DNA of 63,815 nucleotides, counting the filler, from Hausera hauseri (taxonomy: Eukaryota), in assembly GCA_046269625.1 (NCBI GenBank). It is 11 parts of 11 records of this genome, joined end to end, with 100 filler letters (N's around TTAATTAATTAA, not from the genome) between each part and the next. Parts side by side here need not be neighbours in the genome. Positions count along the whole stretch, not along the records: positions 26,127 to 31,000 come from JBJURY010407367.1; positions 31,101 to 35,887 come from JBJURY010435805.1; positions 35,988 to 46,325 come from JBJURY010202192.1; 8 more parts are not named here. The stretch is one strand, 5' to 3'. The translations under genes were made by a program, and so were the position numbers. The first letter of the stretch is position 1, and the number at the start of each line of letters is the position of its first letter. Under the pieces are notes generated by a model. The model was not told the DNA's origin, ran no database searches, and saw only the letters and a program-made list of their open reading frames with translations. Positions 26,127-38,880 of the stretch are shown here, in pieces.

Positions 26127-26739
26127 TGACGATCATAGTAGTGAGAGTTGTACTCGAAACAATATACGGTTTCCTCATAGTGGTTGGAAACGGAAGCTTC
26201 CATACTCCCATTTTTGGACGGTATTCCCTTAAATAAGCGCTTCGTTCTCCGGGGTACGTATTGGACAAATTAAGTTGTAACTGATACTCTTGTCCTAATT
26301 GTAATTCACAGCACACTGTAGGTTTTCGTCGGGCAAAATAGCAATATTCTGAATTAGGAATCGAGACATTCAGTGGTATAAATCGTACAGAAATTTGTTT
26401 GTCTCCTGGCAGTTCCACCTTGGTTTTAACCCGAATACATCGGTGCTCTAAGTCCTTGTAGATCCCAATAATTTTATTGTGTAAGAGTCTTTTAAATGGA
26501 TCAGTATTCCAGTTTATCTCATCTGTTTTGCCTCGATTCGTGTCATTTCGCTGAGGCATTCTTATTAAGAATTCCGTGATTCTATAGGCTCGGGCTCCTA
26601 GCTGATTATGATAAAACATTTGAAATCTGTACTGGTAGATCTGTCCAAAGTCCAAATCGCAACATGTCTTGTGAATTCCGTACGGAAGATCGCATGTTCT
26701 CATCGTGGATCTAGATACAAATATTATTTGAAATATCAC
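26127..26739 (-). CDS. Orphan ORF downstream of integrase (env position), 'QLGARAYR' domain; runs off the contig
   Basis: Open frame of more than 200 codons after the integrase C-terminus. Shares motifs with 61700-61980. Confidence 0.5.
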
Positions 26740-26958
26740 ATGGCTCTGAATAGGTTCACTTGTTTCAAACCACGCACATGGTTTGCTCTAATCCATATCG
26801 TACACTCTAAGTGATATCATGTTTTGGACATCCCTTCGTCTTGCTGCATATTGTAGTTTTTCGGTTGGACTTATTGATTTTGCCTTTGGAATGTACGAAG
26901 CGATTAACGACAAAGCGCGGATTATTTGCGCATACGACATCGGTTTGGCCGTTATGGA

Positions 26959-29320
26959 CTATGTTTTCTTTTCTCTGTTGGTATGTTCCGATTTTGCTGT
27001 GCTAGAACGCATATAGTAGCGTTTGGTTGGTCTTATTCCGGTTTTTACTACTCTCCGGACCGATGTGACCTCCTCGCCGTTTTTATTTATGTAAACCGTG
27101 GTTGGCGTAGTTTTGGTAACTTCATAAGGCCTTCTGCATGTTCTGGTGAGTTTGAGAGATGTGCCTTTCTTGACCACTGGATAGTGTACGTAAACCCAGT
27201 TTCCTGGTTATAGGTCGTATGGTTTAGCCTTCTTGTCATACTGCTTCTTGAATTGTTCATGACATTCTCTACATAATTCCTTGGATATTTTCCAACACTT
27301 GTGTAATCTCAAATGCAGTATCTCGACAAAATTTTGTTCCTAATTTTCCATTCTTGTGCATGGGATCAATCCTAAATCTGTGGGCAATAGTGCCTCTCTA
27401 TCATACATCATGAAAAACGGGGTAAATCCCGTCGCATGTTGTGGGGTAGTATTAATAGCAAATTGTGTACCTTCTAAGAACTCGTCCCAATCTTTCTGGT
27501 CTTTTGCGACTACTGTCAATAAGATTCTTATAACTGTCGCTTTCATCCATTCAACCATTCCATTACATTGTGGGTGATACGCCGTGGTAGTTAGCCGTTC
27601 AATTTTGAAAATTTTGGTAATTTTGTCAAACAGTTCGCTTGTAAAGTTTCTCCCTCGGTCTGTTAGAATTTTTCGGGCGGTCCGTATCTGCAAATAATCT
27701 TCCGGACTACTACTTCTGCCAGAGTATCTGCCTTTTGGTCTATTAACTCTATAAGTTCGACGAAGTGAGTTAATCAATCTACACATGTTAAAATATATTT
27801 GTTGTTTTTGTGGGTCGTAGGTAATAGTCCTACGATATCCATGGACATTGCCTGCATCGGTCTATCCGGCACGCTGATGGGTGTGAGTTCGGCGATGTAG
27901 TTTTCACTTTTCTTTGTTTGGTTGCACATACCTCGCAAGCGTTCACCCAATTCCTCACATCAATGTAAACGCTCGGCCAATAATATTTATTTAAGATTCT
28001 TTCCAAGGTATTTTTCCACATGTGTCCGGTTAAATACGAATCATGCTCGGCCACCAGTACCTCTGTACGCAATCCCTTCGGTATGACTACCAATTTTCGT
28101 CCTTTTCGTTCGTAGTACAACACACTTTCATGGTTTAAGTCTCCTGTGAAATGGTATTTGTGGCCATATCTTCGTAAGTGTTTCCGTAACTGTTGACAAT
28201 TTGGTGTTTTTTTAGTATCAACGAACTCGATAATTTGTTGTATAACTCTGTCGTTTCTATGTTCGACTGAAATTTTTAACGCCTTATCTAACGTAAGGGT
28301 CCGCTGTCTTTCTANNNNNNNNNNTACCTTAGCCGCGCTAACTTTTGTCTTAAGTCTTGATAGTGCATTGTCATGGACATGTTTATTTTCAGGTTTGTAT
28401 TGAAATAAGAAATTATATCGTGAGATTTCATCGATCCATCTGTTAAGTCTACAGGTTGGATTATTTGTCCTACCCTTTAAGGTAGTAACTGCCTTATGAT
28501 CGGTAAAGATCACAGTCCTTTGTCTATATACGTACACGTTAAAATGTCGTAGTGCTTCTTTCATCGCTAGCGTTTCTAACTCCGTAACGGAATAGTTCTT
28601 CTCTGCTTTCTTTAAGGAACGTCCCACATATGCAATCGAATATTCCAGCTCCTCGTCGTCTTGTATTTGGGCCAGTTCATATCCGATATCTTCCTTATTG
28701 GCGTCCGTTTTGATTATAAATGGTAGGTTGAAGTCGGGATATCTTAAAACGGGTTCACTAGTTAGAATCTTTTTCATTTCATCGAAAGCTTTCTGTTCGA
28801 CATCGGTCCATTTCCATTTGATCCCTTCTTTTACTAAAGGATATAAAGGTGCGTTTATCTTTGCGTTATCTGGTATGTAAGTAGCATAATACACACATAA
28901 TCCTAACCAGTGTCTTAATTCCTTCTGATTCTGAGGTTTCATGCAGTCCGATATCTTACTTAATAGTGGTTTATCCGGCTTCGACCCTCCCTGTCCAACT
29001 ATATGTCCAAGGTACGACATAGCATTTTGAGCCCATTTTCACTTCTTGGGATTCAGTTTTAGTCCAGCTTGCTCCAGTCTCATAAGTGTACCTTCAATAT
29101 CCTTTAAATGATCCTCTTCCGTTTTTGATGCAATCATGACAAAGTCCAAATAGACAAATGCGTGCTCCAGTCCCATTAGTATCTTGTTCATCATGCGAGT
29201 AAAAATGGCCGGTCCGGTAGTTATCCCAAATGGCTTACCATTAATTTCGTATATACCATAGTGTGTCTTAAATGCCGTTTTATAACGATCTTTCTTTTCT
29301 ATCTCTACTTGCCAATTTTT
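26959..29320 (-). pseudogene. pol: Decayed Ty3/Gypsy pol (partial RT, RNase H, integrase with GPY/F tail)
   Basis: DRYKTAFKTHYGIYE, FVYLD, KTDAN, NYSVTELETLA, TDHKA, HDSYLTGH..CEVC, TDRGRNF and TTAYHPQCNGMVE. Confidence 0.9.
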
Positions 29321-29397
29321 TTTGTATTGCTCCTTATCTTCGTCTGTCTGTAGGTGCTCGAAATATACTGCTACATCTCGGACTCCTATTATTCGAC

Positions 29398-29730
29398 CTA
29401 CCACTGCTCTGCTTTAGCCTTCCTTCTAGCCTCCTGCTTTGTTTCCTCGATAGAAATGGTTACCGCTGCCCGATTTGCTTTACGTGGAATAATTCCGACT
29501 TCTATTAATAGTTCCGATTCATTTAATATCCTTCCTCTAAAATAAAATCTATAGCTCGGCTCATGGGCGTATCCATTGTTCTTTATTGACAGTAATACAT
29601 CCCTTACAAGGGAGCGCGTAGTGAACTCATGTTCCTTAGCGTCCATCTAGTCAGGTACTATCCTTACTGGAATAGTCTCCTCTGCCTTTGCCTTTAAGAT
29701 TTTGGCATATTCTTTAAGTAAAGCTTAGGT
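29398..29730 (-). pseudogene. Ubiquitin-like domain immediately upstream of RT
   Basis: TIPVRIVPD*MDAKEHEFTTRSLVRDVLLSIK...YRFYFRGRILNESELLIEVGI, compared with ubiquitin [21 protein letters not shown]. Confidence 0.6.
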
Positions 29731-29767
29731 GCCGTACTAAAAATCGTACCTTTATTAGCTAATTTAG

Positions 29768-30984
29768 TTAGTGGGGACTAACTGTCTTAACTGTTTTTTC
29801 AGTGAGGTTTACTTCAGTCAACTTAATGAAATCTTTCTCGGTTTGTGCTGGGTCCAAAATAATTCCTACGTTGAATCTTTGCTCCGAAGAATATGCCTCC
29901 ACTTTGCCAAATCGTATGGGGGTATTCGGATTCTCGGCAATCATTGCGTCTAAATATGCCGCCCAATCTGGTTCGTTTTCATCATACGGTAGATGATAGC
30001 CCTTTAACGGTGTATCAGTAGGCTCATTCACCCCTGCACTCTTTATGGTTTTTCTGAGTTCCTTTAGCTTCTGTTGCAATTGGACCATTTTCGTCGTTCG
30101 GAAAAAGTGCCCATTAGCAGACGTTTGGTGGAGCAGTGTTAACAACGAATATAATTCTTTGGGTGAAATTAACCCCTTTTCTTGATAGTTTGTTAGTTCG
30201 GACGTGACATCTCTTTGCCACCTTTGCACCAATTGCGACTTATTGGCCCTTTCTTCTTCCACAAGGGAGTATTTGTTTTTATAGACTTCGAGTTCTCTAG
30301 CTAGTTTGTCTAATCTTATGGCTCTCTGTTTGGTTTTAATGCATGTTTCTTCGACTTGCTGTATATGCTGTAACAGTTGTCTTAATTTCTCGTCACTAAT
30401 TTCTGCCATTTTCGCCATCAATAGTGCTAATTATTACATCTCGTTAATACTTTTTGACTCTGGATCTATCGCATCTAATAATTTTTTACAAATTTGATCT
30501 CTTTCAAGCTAAGGTGATGGTCATTCTTTATTTTAATCAGCTCTTTGTGATGTCTTTGATCTGTTCTATCCCTCCATTCTTGGGGACGATGTAAGAACTG
30601 CACCGCTTCTTCAACGATTGACCGATATTTTGGACAAAAGTATAAGGTTTTAAGATCCCGGATCGAGATTTTCTTAATAGGCTTGGCGGTCAAATGTCGG
30701 ATTACTTTCAGGCGGATATCTCTCAATCTCGGATAGAAGTCGCAAGTCGCATTCAGTTTCCGCATGAAGTGTGTTTCTTCAATCATCTTATATAGATCAT
30801 ATAATATCGTCATTTCTTGTTTCTTTTCCAAGAAGTCCAATTGACGTAATGCCTCAAATGGGGTTCGGATGTCAATTTCTGCTCTCATTGTATTTAGATT
30901 TCGGGCGTCTTCTTCCAATTGTTTCTTCACTGTAGGTTCGCTCTCCGGAAATTTCTTTTCCCGACTGGCTACTAATTTACTCAA
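29768..30984 (-). pseudogene. Long helical/coiled-coil ORF of unknown function upstream of the UBL domain and RT (two frameshifted pieces)
   Basis: ORFs 30475-30984 and 29768-30421 are charged, heptad-like and co-directional with pol. Confidence 0.45.
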
Positions 30985-31100
30985 CCTTGTTATTACTTCG
31001 NNNNNNNNNNNNNNNNNNNNNNNNNNNNNNNNNNNNNNNNNNNNTTAATTAATTAANNNNNNNNNNNNNNNNNNNNNNNNNNNNNNNNNNNNNNNNNNNN

Positions 31101-31342
31101 AAGAAAATTAGCATAAAACCTCCTCCAGGTGCTTTCAAACATCCAAAATGCAAATACTTGCCACCTGGCGGAAATAATGATCATTTTGGGAACAGGCGAA
31201 AATTCCGCCCATCCATGCAGCGAACGGAAATGCCACACAGTCCAAAGGTGAATAATTCACCCTCATTTCCAGCGGCGAAATATTCCTCTCAGCCGAATCG
31301 GAAAAATGAATCAGGAGGAAGGCTGGCGATATGCCCGCCACA
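31101..31342 (-). repeat. LTR, 5' (U3) part
   Basis: Begins TGTGGCG on the minus strand right after the PPT GGAGGGGGGTGA (31343-31354). Confidence 0.85.
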
Positions 31343-31360
31343 TCACCCCCCTCCGAGTCG

Positions 31361-34300
31361 TTATGACGGAACGACGAACTTCTCCGGTGGACGAACACAA
31401 CGTCCAGAGCGTGTAAACGTCGACTTCTCGGTCTGTGCCGATGGCGCTTCTGTCGCTTGAGGCACTGCATGGATGATATATGCGGGTTTTACCCGATCCT
31501 TTGATACAGTTTTTGATTTCCCACCGACATCCAAAATGACTGTTTTCTCGCAGCGCTTCTTTATTCGATATGGACCATCGTATTGAGGCTGCAGCGCACG
31601 ACGTACCGCATCATGCCTTAAAAATACATGCGTACATGTCTGAAGGTCCTTTGGAACATAGACATCAGGCATAGAATGACGTGATGCTGGACATGGTCGA
31701 CTTTCCCGAATTTTCCGCTTAAGTTGCTGTAAAAAAGTAGGCAAGAAAACAGGTTCCTTTATTTCGGAGTAAAAATCCGCTGGGAGCCGTATGGTTTCCC
31801 CGAAAACTAATTCTGCAGCAGAAGAATTTAAGTCTTCCCGCCAAGCACTGCGGATACCCAAAAGTACTGCAGGCAAGGCATCGACCCAGGATGAATTTGC
31901 ATGGCACATAATGGCTTGTTTCAGAGGCCTATGAAGCCGCTCGATCATCCCGTTACTTTTCGGGTTATACGGGGATGTCCTTTGTATCTGTATCCCAAAT
32001 AAAGTAGCAAAAGAGCGAAACAGGGCAGACTCGAATTGCCTGCCTTGGTCACTTGTCAGCTTAGCCGGGGTTCCATAACGAGCGATCCATTGTGAATAAA
32101 CCACCCGTGCAACCGCCTCAGCTGTTATATCTGCTATTGGGATAACCTCTGGCCAACGTGTATAGCGATCAATTATAGTAACGCAATGTGTATACCCCTG
32201 GCACACAGGTAACGGACCAATTAAATCAATATGAATGTGTTTAAAACGTCCCGTCGGAAGTACAAAATCACCGCACGGCGTTCGTGTATGCCGATGAACT
32301 TTCGTTCGTTGGCACTCGATACATGCACGTGCCCAATTTTTTATATCTTTGTTCATACCGGGCCAGACATACTTGTCGGCCACTAATTTACCGGTAGTTC
32401 TGATACCCGGATGAGCTAAGTTATGGAACGCCTCAAAAACCTTTTTCCTAAATCTTAATGGAACTAGCGGTCGAACCTGTTGAGTAGAAGCATCACTATA
32501 CAACAAAACATCGGTCTCCGGAACAGCAAATTGCTTAATCACAAAAGAATTTTTTATTTTACCGGCCACTATATCTTGAATTTCGGTATCCTCCGTTTGT
32601 GCGAGGGCTAATGCCTGCCAGTCAATCTGGGATGGAATTGTAATCTCTTCCAACCTAGATAAAGCATCTGCAATGGCATTCTGATCACCTGAAACGTACC
32701 GGATATCTGTAGAAAACTGCGAAATAAATTGCAATTGTCTAAGGCGCCTAGGTGGTGCCTTTGAGTCATTTTTTTGTAAAAACGAAAACGTAAGAGGCTT
32801 GTGATCAGTATAAATGCTAAATGGCCTCGCTTCGAGCATAAACCGAAAGTGAACTATAGCAGAATAAATGGCAAGTAACTCGCGATCATAAACTGAGTAA
32901 TTCTGTTGTGTCCGCGTCAATTTCCTGGAAAAGAATCCAAGGGGTTTTAAACCTCGCTCTTCCTTTTCATGAAGCGCAGCCCCCATAGCTAAATCGCTGC
33001 AATCAGTATATAATGCTAAGTGTGCATTTACTGAAGGATAGTGCAGCAAAGTTGCTTTAGCTAACGCCTGCTTTGTGGCCCGAAAGGCTTCCTTCGCTTC
33101 TTCCGTCCAGGAAATTTCCGTATTTTTATTTCGTTTCTTTGACCCCTGAAGATATGCATTTAATGGTATTTGTTTTTGTGCAAGGTGCGGTATAAATGAA
33201 TGATAAAAATTAACCATACCCAGAAATTGTCGCAAATTCCGGACGGTTTTAGGTAGAGGGTAATTCTGAATCGCCTGTACACGCTTTTCCAATGGCCGAA
33301 ATCCAGCCTGGCTAATCGCGTGGCCTAAAAACTCTACCTCCTGCACACCTAGTATACATTTAGAGGTATTAACTTTTATTCCGTATTCTCGGAACCTCGA
33401 AAAGATTACCTGCAGGTGTTGCATATGTTCCGTCTCATTTTGACTAGCAACCAACACGTCGTCGATATAGGCGAAACAAAATGACAATCCCCTTAGTACT
33501 TCATCTATAAAGCGCTGGAATGTTTGCGCTGCACCGCAAAGTCCAAAGCTCATAAACTTAAATTCATATAACCCAAAGGGCGTAATTATGGCTGTCTTAC
33601 ATCTATCTTCGGGGTTTACAGGTATTTGGTGATAAGCCCTTAACAAATCGATCTTAGAAAATATTCGAGTACCATGCAATTGCTGAGAAAAATCTTTCAA
33701 AAATGGCAAGGGATATTTATCAGGAACCGTAATCTTGTTTAATTGCCGATAGTCTCCCGTTGGCCTCCATTCACCCGATGCTTTCGGGACCATATGGAGA
33801 GGACTAGCCCAGTTGCTGCGTGATGGTATGCAAATCCCATTATCCAGCATATATTTAAACTCGGCCTTAGCGACCTTAAGCTGGGCAGGGTGCAATCTAC
33901 GCGCACGAGCCTGAACGGGAGGACCTTTCGTATTGATAAAATGCATTGTGTTATGTTTTACAGCCTCTGTCGATAAAAATCCCGGCTGTGTTATCTCCTT
34001 AAAATTGTCAAGAATCTGAAGAAATTGTGCTGTACCCTGTATACTTTTGATGTTCGGCATATCACATCTCAATATGTACCCTTTGTATGCACGAGATTCA
34101 TTGGGATCAGTTAACACTCTTTGTTTTATATCAATAATCAAACCAAAGTGTTGTATAAAATCCGCTCCTATAATCGGTTTAGATATATCAGCAATTATAA
34201 ATGTCCATCTATATCGCCGATCTCCCCCCAAATTCAAAGTAAATTCCTTCGTGCCGTAAGTACATATATTGGAGCCATTTGCAGCCGCCAGAGTGAAGTC

Positions 34301-35269
34301 AGTTTTCCTTTTACCTCTGACATGCCTAGCCGGAAAACAGCTCACATCACTCCCTGTATCAATAAGGTATTGTGTACCGGTACCTCTATCACTAATGAAG
34401 AGTCTTTGCCCCGTGGCATCTATCGCATTTAATTTTAACGGATCAGAAACTTTCTTTTTCTTTTTGTCATCGGCTGTGTAACTACATGGTTTAATACATT
34501 TTGTGGCTTTCTCGCCGTAGGAACGATGATACCAACAAAATCCGGCTTGGGATGTAGAACTACATGTTCTATCCGCCTTATGCCTTGTGGGTCCAGTTCG
34601 CTCCCTATATGAAGTCTTTGGGTATGTATTTTGCCTGTCATACAGCCTATTGACTTTAGAAGTTAAAGTTCTAATTTGAGATTCTAATTTTTTTAATCCA
34701 TTGGTATTGTCAGTCTGTGCAACAGCTGCCACGGTTGTCTGCGTACCTACACCCGCGATTTTATCGGCTATTTGTGCAAGCTCTGTTAAATCTAGTGGGC
34801 TTGCTGCCAAAATCGCTTGCATATTTTGTGGGAGGTGAGTCATCCAGAGGCATTTCAGGAATTCTTCGTCCAGCTTGTTGCTTCCCAACTCACGCATCTC
34901 CAGGAGAAGCTCTGAGGGTTTTTTATCACCCAGTACCAACTCCTTTAAGAGCATATGTACTTTTTCGGGTTTGGACGGCTCATACTGTTTTAACAAACGG
35001 CCTTTTAAAGTAGTATATGGTTCCTTTGCATGCGGAGTATAAACCACGTCGGAAACGTATTTTAAATGTTCCGCTCCCACTGCTGCTACCAAATAACTAA
35101 ACTTAGTACGCTCAGTGGTTACCTCAGCTATTTCAAAATTGGCTTCAATCTGGGCAAAAAAAAGCCGAATGTGTGCCGTTGAAAACTGCGGAATTTTCAT
35201 TCCAATCCTATTTACTGTTTCCCTGGGTTCCATCCCGCTAAGTGACAAAGTGACCAAAATGCAAAGCAA
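31361..35269 (-). CDS. gag-pol: Intact single-ORF Gag-Pol of a CsRn1-like Ty3/Gypsy retrotransposon (likely ATG at 35233)
   Basis: 1302 aa uninterrupted. CHCC knuckle [18 protein letters not shown], protease LIDTGS, RT YIDD, RNase H TDCS/ELLAI/TDHKPL/ADALSR, integrase HHCC + D,D35E, and a GPY motif. Confidence 0.97.
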   Translation of the reverse strand: MLCILVTLSLSGMEPRETVNRIGMKIPQFSTAHIRLFFAQIEANFEIAEVTTERTKFSYLVAAVGAEHLKYVSDVVYTPHAKEPYTTLKGRLLKQYEPSKPEKVHMLLKELVLGDKKPSELLLEMRELGSNKLDEEFLKCLWMTHLPQNMQAILAASPLDLTELAQIADKIAGVGTQTTVAAVAQTDNTNGLKKLESQIRTLTSKVNRLYDRQNTYPKTSYRERTGPTRHKADRTCSSTSQAGFCWYHRSYGEKATKCIKPCSYTADDKKKKKVSDPLKLNAIDATGQRLFISDRGTGTQYLIDTGSDVSCFPARHVRGKRKTDFTLAAANGSNICTYGTKEFTLNLGGDRRYRWTFIIADISKPIIGADFIQHFGLIIDIKQRVLTDPNESRAYKGYILRCDMPNIKSIQGTAQFLQILDNFKEITQPGFLSTEAVKHNTMHFINTKGPPVQARARRLHPAQLKVAKAEFKYMLDNGICIPSRSNWASPLHMVPKASGEWRPTGDYRQLNKITVPDKYPLPFLKDFSQQLHGTRIFSKIDLLRAYHQIPVNPEDRCKTAIITPFGLYEFKFMSFGLCGAAQTFQRFIDEVLRGLSFCFAYIDDVLVASQNETEHMQHLQVIFSRFREYGIKVNTSKCILGVQEVEFLGHAISQAGFRPLEKRVQAIQNYPLPKTVRNLRQFLGMVNFYHSFIPHLAQKQIPLNAYLQGSKKRNKNTEISWTEEAKEAFRATKQALAKATLLHYPSVNAHLALYTDCSDLAMGAALHEKEERGLKPLGFFSRKLTRTQQNYSVYDRELLAIYSAIVHFRFMLEARPFSIYTDHKPLTFSFLQKNDSKAPPRRLRQLQFISQFSTDIRYVSGDQNAIADALSRLEEITIPSQIDWQALALAQTEDTEIQDIVAGKIKNSFVIKQFAVPETDVLLYSDASTQQVRPLVPLRFRKKVFEAFHNLAHPGIRTTGKLVADKYVWPGMNKDIKNWARACIECQRTKVHRHTRTPCGDFVLPTGRFKHIHIDLIGPLPVCQGYTHCVTIIDRYTRWPEVIPIADITAEAVARVVYSQWIARYGTPAKLTSDQGRQFESALFRSFATLFGIQIQRTSPYNPKSNGMIERLHRPLKQAIMCHANSSWVDALPAVLLGIRSAWREDLNSSAAELVFGETIRLPADFYSEIKEPVFLPTFLQQLKRKIRESRPCPASRHSMPDVYVPKDLQTCTHVFLRHDAVRRALQPQYDGPYRIKKRCEKTVILDVGGKSKTVSKDRVKPAYIIHAVPQATEAPSAQTEKSTFTRSGRCVRPPEKFVVPS

Positions 35270-35480
35270 AACGACTTACCCGTTCCTCCAGTTCAGTATC
35301 CAGTTACAGTTCTGTGCTGGCGAGGCTACTCACTCCCAGCTACAGTCAAAGCACTCCTCATTCCAAACTCCAAAGCGTAGCTTCTTCCTTCTTGAAACTT
35401 GTACAGGTCGCATATCAATTTTACCGACATCTGTTCGCAACTCCGGTCGTCCAAAAAGAAAACTTAGTCCAGACGATATC

Positions 35481-35488
35481 GGTCACCA
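35481..35488 (-). promoter_or_regulatory. Short PBS, tRNA-Trp-like
   Basis: TGGTGACC matches the first 8 nt of the tRNA-Trp PBS typical of CsRn1-like elements. Confidence 0.55.
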
Positions 35489-35490
35489 CT

Positions 35491-35887
35491 TTAGACAATT
35501 AAAAGTCCAATTTGACTCTGGGATACAAAGAAATCCCCAGAAGGCTACTCTTATTGTCGATAAATCCATGACGAATCCTGCAGTGGTTTCATTTAAATCA
35601 TGCACTAAACCAAAATCTTTTTCTAACAATTATTTATTTAAATTTAACATATATAAAATATAAAAGGTTAAAAAACAATTAAATTAATAAGCATCTTAGC
35701 TTTTAAACCAAGGAATGCCGAACTGGCGTACAAAAAAGAAAGGCAATCCTCGTATGAGGAAGAAAGAACTCGAATCTGAATGTCAGGAATGCTGCAAGCG
35801 TATTTAACCCAAGAAAATTAGCATAAAACCTCCTCCAGGTGCTTTCAAACATCCAAAATGCAAATACTTGCCACCTGGCGGAAATAA
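35491..35887 (-). repeat. LTR, 3' part; overlaps the other contig end by 77 identical nt
   Basis: 35811-35887 is identical to 31101-31177. The segment ends just before the PBS. Confidence 0.8.
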
Positions 35888-35990
35888 NNNNNNNNNNNNN
35901 NNNNNNNNNNNNNNNNNNNNNNNNNNNNNNNTTAATTAATTAANNNNNNNNNNNNNNNNNNNNNNNNNNNNNNNNNNNNNNNNNNNNGCT

Positions 35991-38570
35991 ATGTGTTCTC
36001 CAACTATTAGACGGACTCCAAATGAAATTCCCGTTGGATTAATTGATCCAAATAAATTTCTGTCTTATTCGCAAACTGTCCACAAGCCTCAATTGACAAA
36101 TTGCCAAACATATACAAAAACCGACGTTTCGGATGACGCGATTCTGAATTTTCCCGATATTCAATCAAAAACAACCAAACGGCGTGCTCCGGCTATTCAA
36201 AAAACAGTAAATAAAAAACAGAAATTATCTGAACAACCTTTTGTGGAACGACCGAATTTACCGCCTCAACGCTGTCAACAAAATATGGCTAAATTACTCG
36301 GATCTCCATGCTTTCGAAAATTAGTTCACGAACCAAAAATTGTCAACAATCTTCCCGATTTAACACCAATCGGATGTAAACATAAATCCAATTTGTGTTT
36401 TGATGTGAAACGTTTGCAAGAAAATTGCGTTAAATACAAACGATTTCCCTTTACAGTCCCTCGAATTAACCCTATGAATTTCAGAAATGTTTCGAAATCG
36501 TCAACGTCTGAAACATCAGAAAACAGCTTCATTCTTCAGAATCTAAATGCCATTATTCCGTACGGTCCGTTGCTCACCACCAGGGAATCCGATGAATGTA
36601 TTGATTGTATCATAGCTCCATCACCCAACACGAACGAATTGGATTATTTTAACGTTTTCAACTGCGACCAAATTTCATCTCCATCCGTCAATCTGTCTGG
36701 ACCGAATCTCGAAATGTTGCGTCCACCAAATCGAATCCAATCTCCTCAATTGTCTGTTTTCCATTGTCCAAATCGAACGTATGTGAAACTTGATCAATTG
36801 TCCGAATGTAATATGCAAACGCGGAAATTTGACGCGCAATCGTTGTTAAGATCGACGGGGATATCGAAAATACAGATTTCTCACAAATCAGCCTTTATTT
36901 CCGATTCCGTTTCAGCAACTATCGATTCAGAAACGGGTGAAATCGTCAATAAAGTTTCCAATGAACAGATTTCGTCGGAAATTAAACGAGAAAAATTGCT
37001 GTTGACGTTTACTCTAAATCCGCCAGATGATATTGAGAAAACCGTTCGTAACATAACCGACGTGTTAGGAATTGACTACAGCAGCGTTGCATTCAAATTA
37101 ACAACATCCGGTGGTGAGATATCAATCGATAAGCATAGTATTGTGGACAGTAAATTGAAATCCGATCCTGGTATTTTACCAAAGGAAATATCCGATCGTT
37201 TGGCAAACACGTCAGTTGCCGTCAATTCCTTGTAATCAACTGCCTGTTGTCCAACGACAACCACAAGTACGACGAATAATGCCGTTTCAAATTTATATTC
37301 AGACCATATTAAATCGGATTTTCCAACTTATTTATACAAAATATACAAATCGACGTCATTAATCGCCAAACCGAATTTGAAATGCTCAAATTACGATAAA
37401 CCACCAATTGCGAACTGGGATAAATCCAAATGTCGAGAAACGCTGTTTTGTGATGATGCATGCCAATTTCATTTCAACAATGCAACTGTTGACGACGATG
37501 GAAACGATGTTGTTCCATGAATAACGTCACCAACAACATTAAAACGACGGAACTGCGGGACCGTTGTATTTTTATCGGCCAACAACCATCGGAAATGGCG
37601 GTGATTTTATAAGGATCCTTGTCGAAATCGAAACAGTTGTCCAAGAAATCCGGTAACGTCGTCATTTGTGATAAGTTGTTCATAAAAAAGAAATTGAATT
37701 TGCAGCAATTAAAATTGTCACCAGCGACTGCAGCAGCAGCTGCGTCGGTAACGCAAAAAAATCACAAAGGGTAAAAGTACTTAACGTTCCATTCCAAAAT
37801 TCTAACCGATCAGTCATTGTGTCATTTGTCGGTTATTTCCGATAATCAATTTAAAAAAACTTTCAATTCCAAATGTGTCTTAAGGTGGAACGATCTCGCC
37901 GATAATTGAATTTGTTCGCTCTGTAAACGAAGCGGTGATTTGTCGGAAAACGGTGCTGTTCGTTTGTTGTTTTGACACGGACAAATGACTCCATGTTAAT
38001 TGTGCATTGTGATGTAACAGTGTTTTTGAAATGCAGTGCTGTGCATGCAATAACGTTTCCGAATCATTTGAGTGCGCCGCAAAAACCATCTGTTTGTCGT
38101 GCGGCAAATCCGGTGCGGGTATCGGATGTCTTTATTTTCGATGTACGTCGAAATTCCATGTGCCTTGTGCTCGGAAGATAAATTGCGTTTATTATGCTGA
38201 TAGAACTATATATTGTCCGGCACACTTCTATCAAGATCTCGGTTTGCCACTGAATTCGCTTATCGTTGGTAGGCGAGTGTACATTTCACGAGATGAGTCC
38301 CAACAAGTCGCCTTAGTTATAAATGACGATGATCGTAATTTTAATTTACGAATTGGATCACTTATTCTGTTGCCAATTGGCCAGTTGCTGCCTCAACAGA
38401 TTCATTCAGGTAATTACCATAATCTCAATTACGTCTATCCCGTTGGTTATAAGTCCTGAAGAATCCATTGATCATCTAGATTAATCGGTTGTCCATCAAT
38501 TTACGAATGAGAAATTGTCCCTGACAAAGACAACAAACAATTGTTTCAAGTTACAGCTCACGACAAATGG
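35991..38570 (+). pseudogene. KMT2C: KMT2C/D (MLL3/4, trithorax-related) fragment: low-complexity region, extended PHD and FYRN; no SET domain
   Basis: *LHVNCAL*C..VFE...CLSCGKSGAGIGC..FRCTSKFHVPCARKINCVYYADRTIYCPAH; VGRRVYISRDE; LRIGSLILLPIGQLLPQQ...YPVGY. Trp codons are converted to stops. Assignment of the upstream 414-aa ORF is by position only. Confidence 0.8.
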
Positions 38571-38599
38571 ATGAGTCTTGCTGTTGATCGACAGAAAGA

Positions 38600-38880
38600 T
38601 ACGGACTCTACGAGACGCATTACCACGTCACTGACTGATAAATTGATGTCGTGAGTACATTTGGGCATTCAGGGAGCGTTGTTGTCTCAGTTAATATCAC
38701 CGGTGTACCTTTATATCATTCAGTTTGGAAAAGATTACATACACGAACATATATCTCGAGCATTGTTGTGTCGTGTTCTAGTGAATTATTTGATAGACGA
38801 AACTGATACGTTCCATGACTCATTGATCGAGTTACACAAATAACAACCGATAAGCTTCGAATGGACTGGTTTCATTGGGA
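38600..38880 (+). pseudogene. ADAR/ADAT adenosine deaminase catalytic-domain fragment
   Basis: SLTDKLMS*VHLGIQGALLSQLISPVYL..I.FG..Y..EHISRAL..R, compared with ADAR [43 protein letters not shown]. Confidence 0.75.

Noticed and set aside
21431-31000. Hybrid PolB plus retrotransposon element spanning C5-C6
   Set aside because: The parts are on different contigs separated by a spacer.
35115-35663. 182-aa + strand ORF and other short ORFs antisense to gag-pol or PolB
   Set aside because: Shadow frames of real coding strands with no motifs.
35991-37235. 414-aa ORF as a novel standalone gene
   Set aside because: Low complexity and directly upstream of the KMT2C/D PHD-FYRN relic. More simply its disordered region, though this is unproven.
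37975-38510. Alternative genetic code (TGA=Trp) in the KMT2 and ADAR fragments
   Set aside because: TGA does replace several Trp codons, but the same regions have frameshifts and other decay and TGG Trp codons are used nearby. G-to-A pseudogene decay explains it.
38600-38880. Functional element-encoded RNA-editing deaminase
   Set aside because: Only a short piece with a stop codon, an altered SCSDK motif and no HAE motif.
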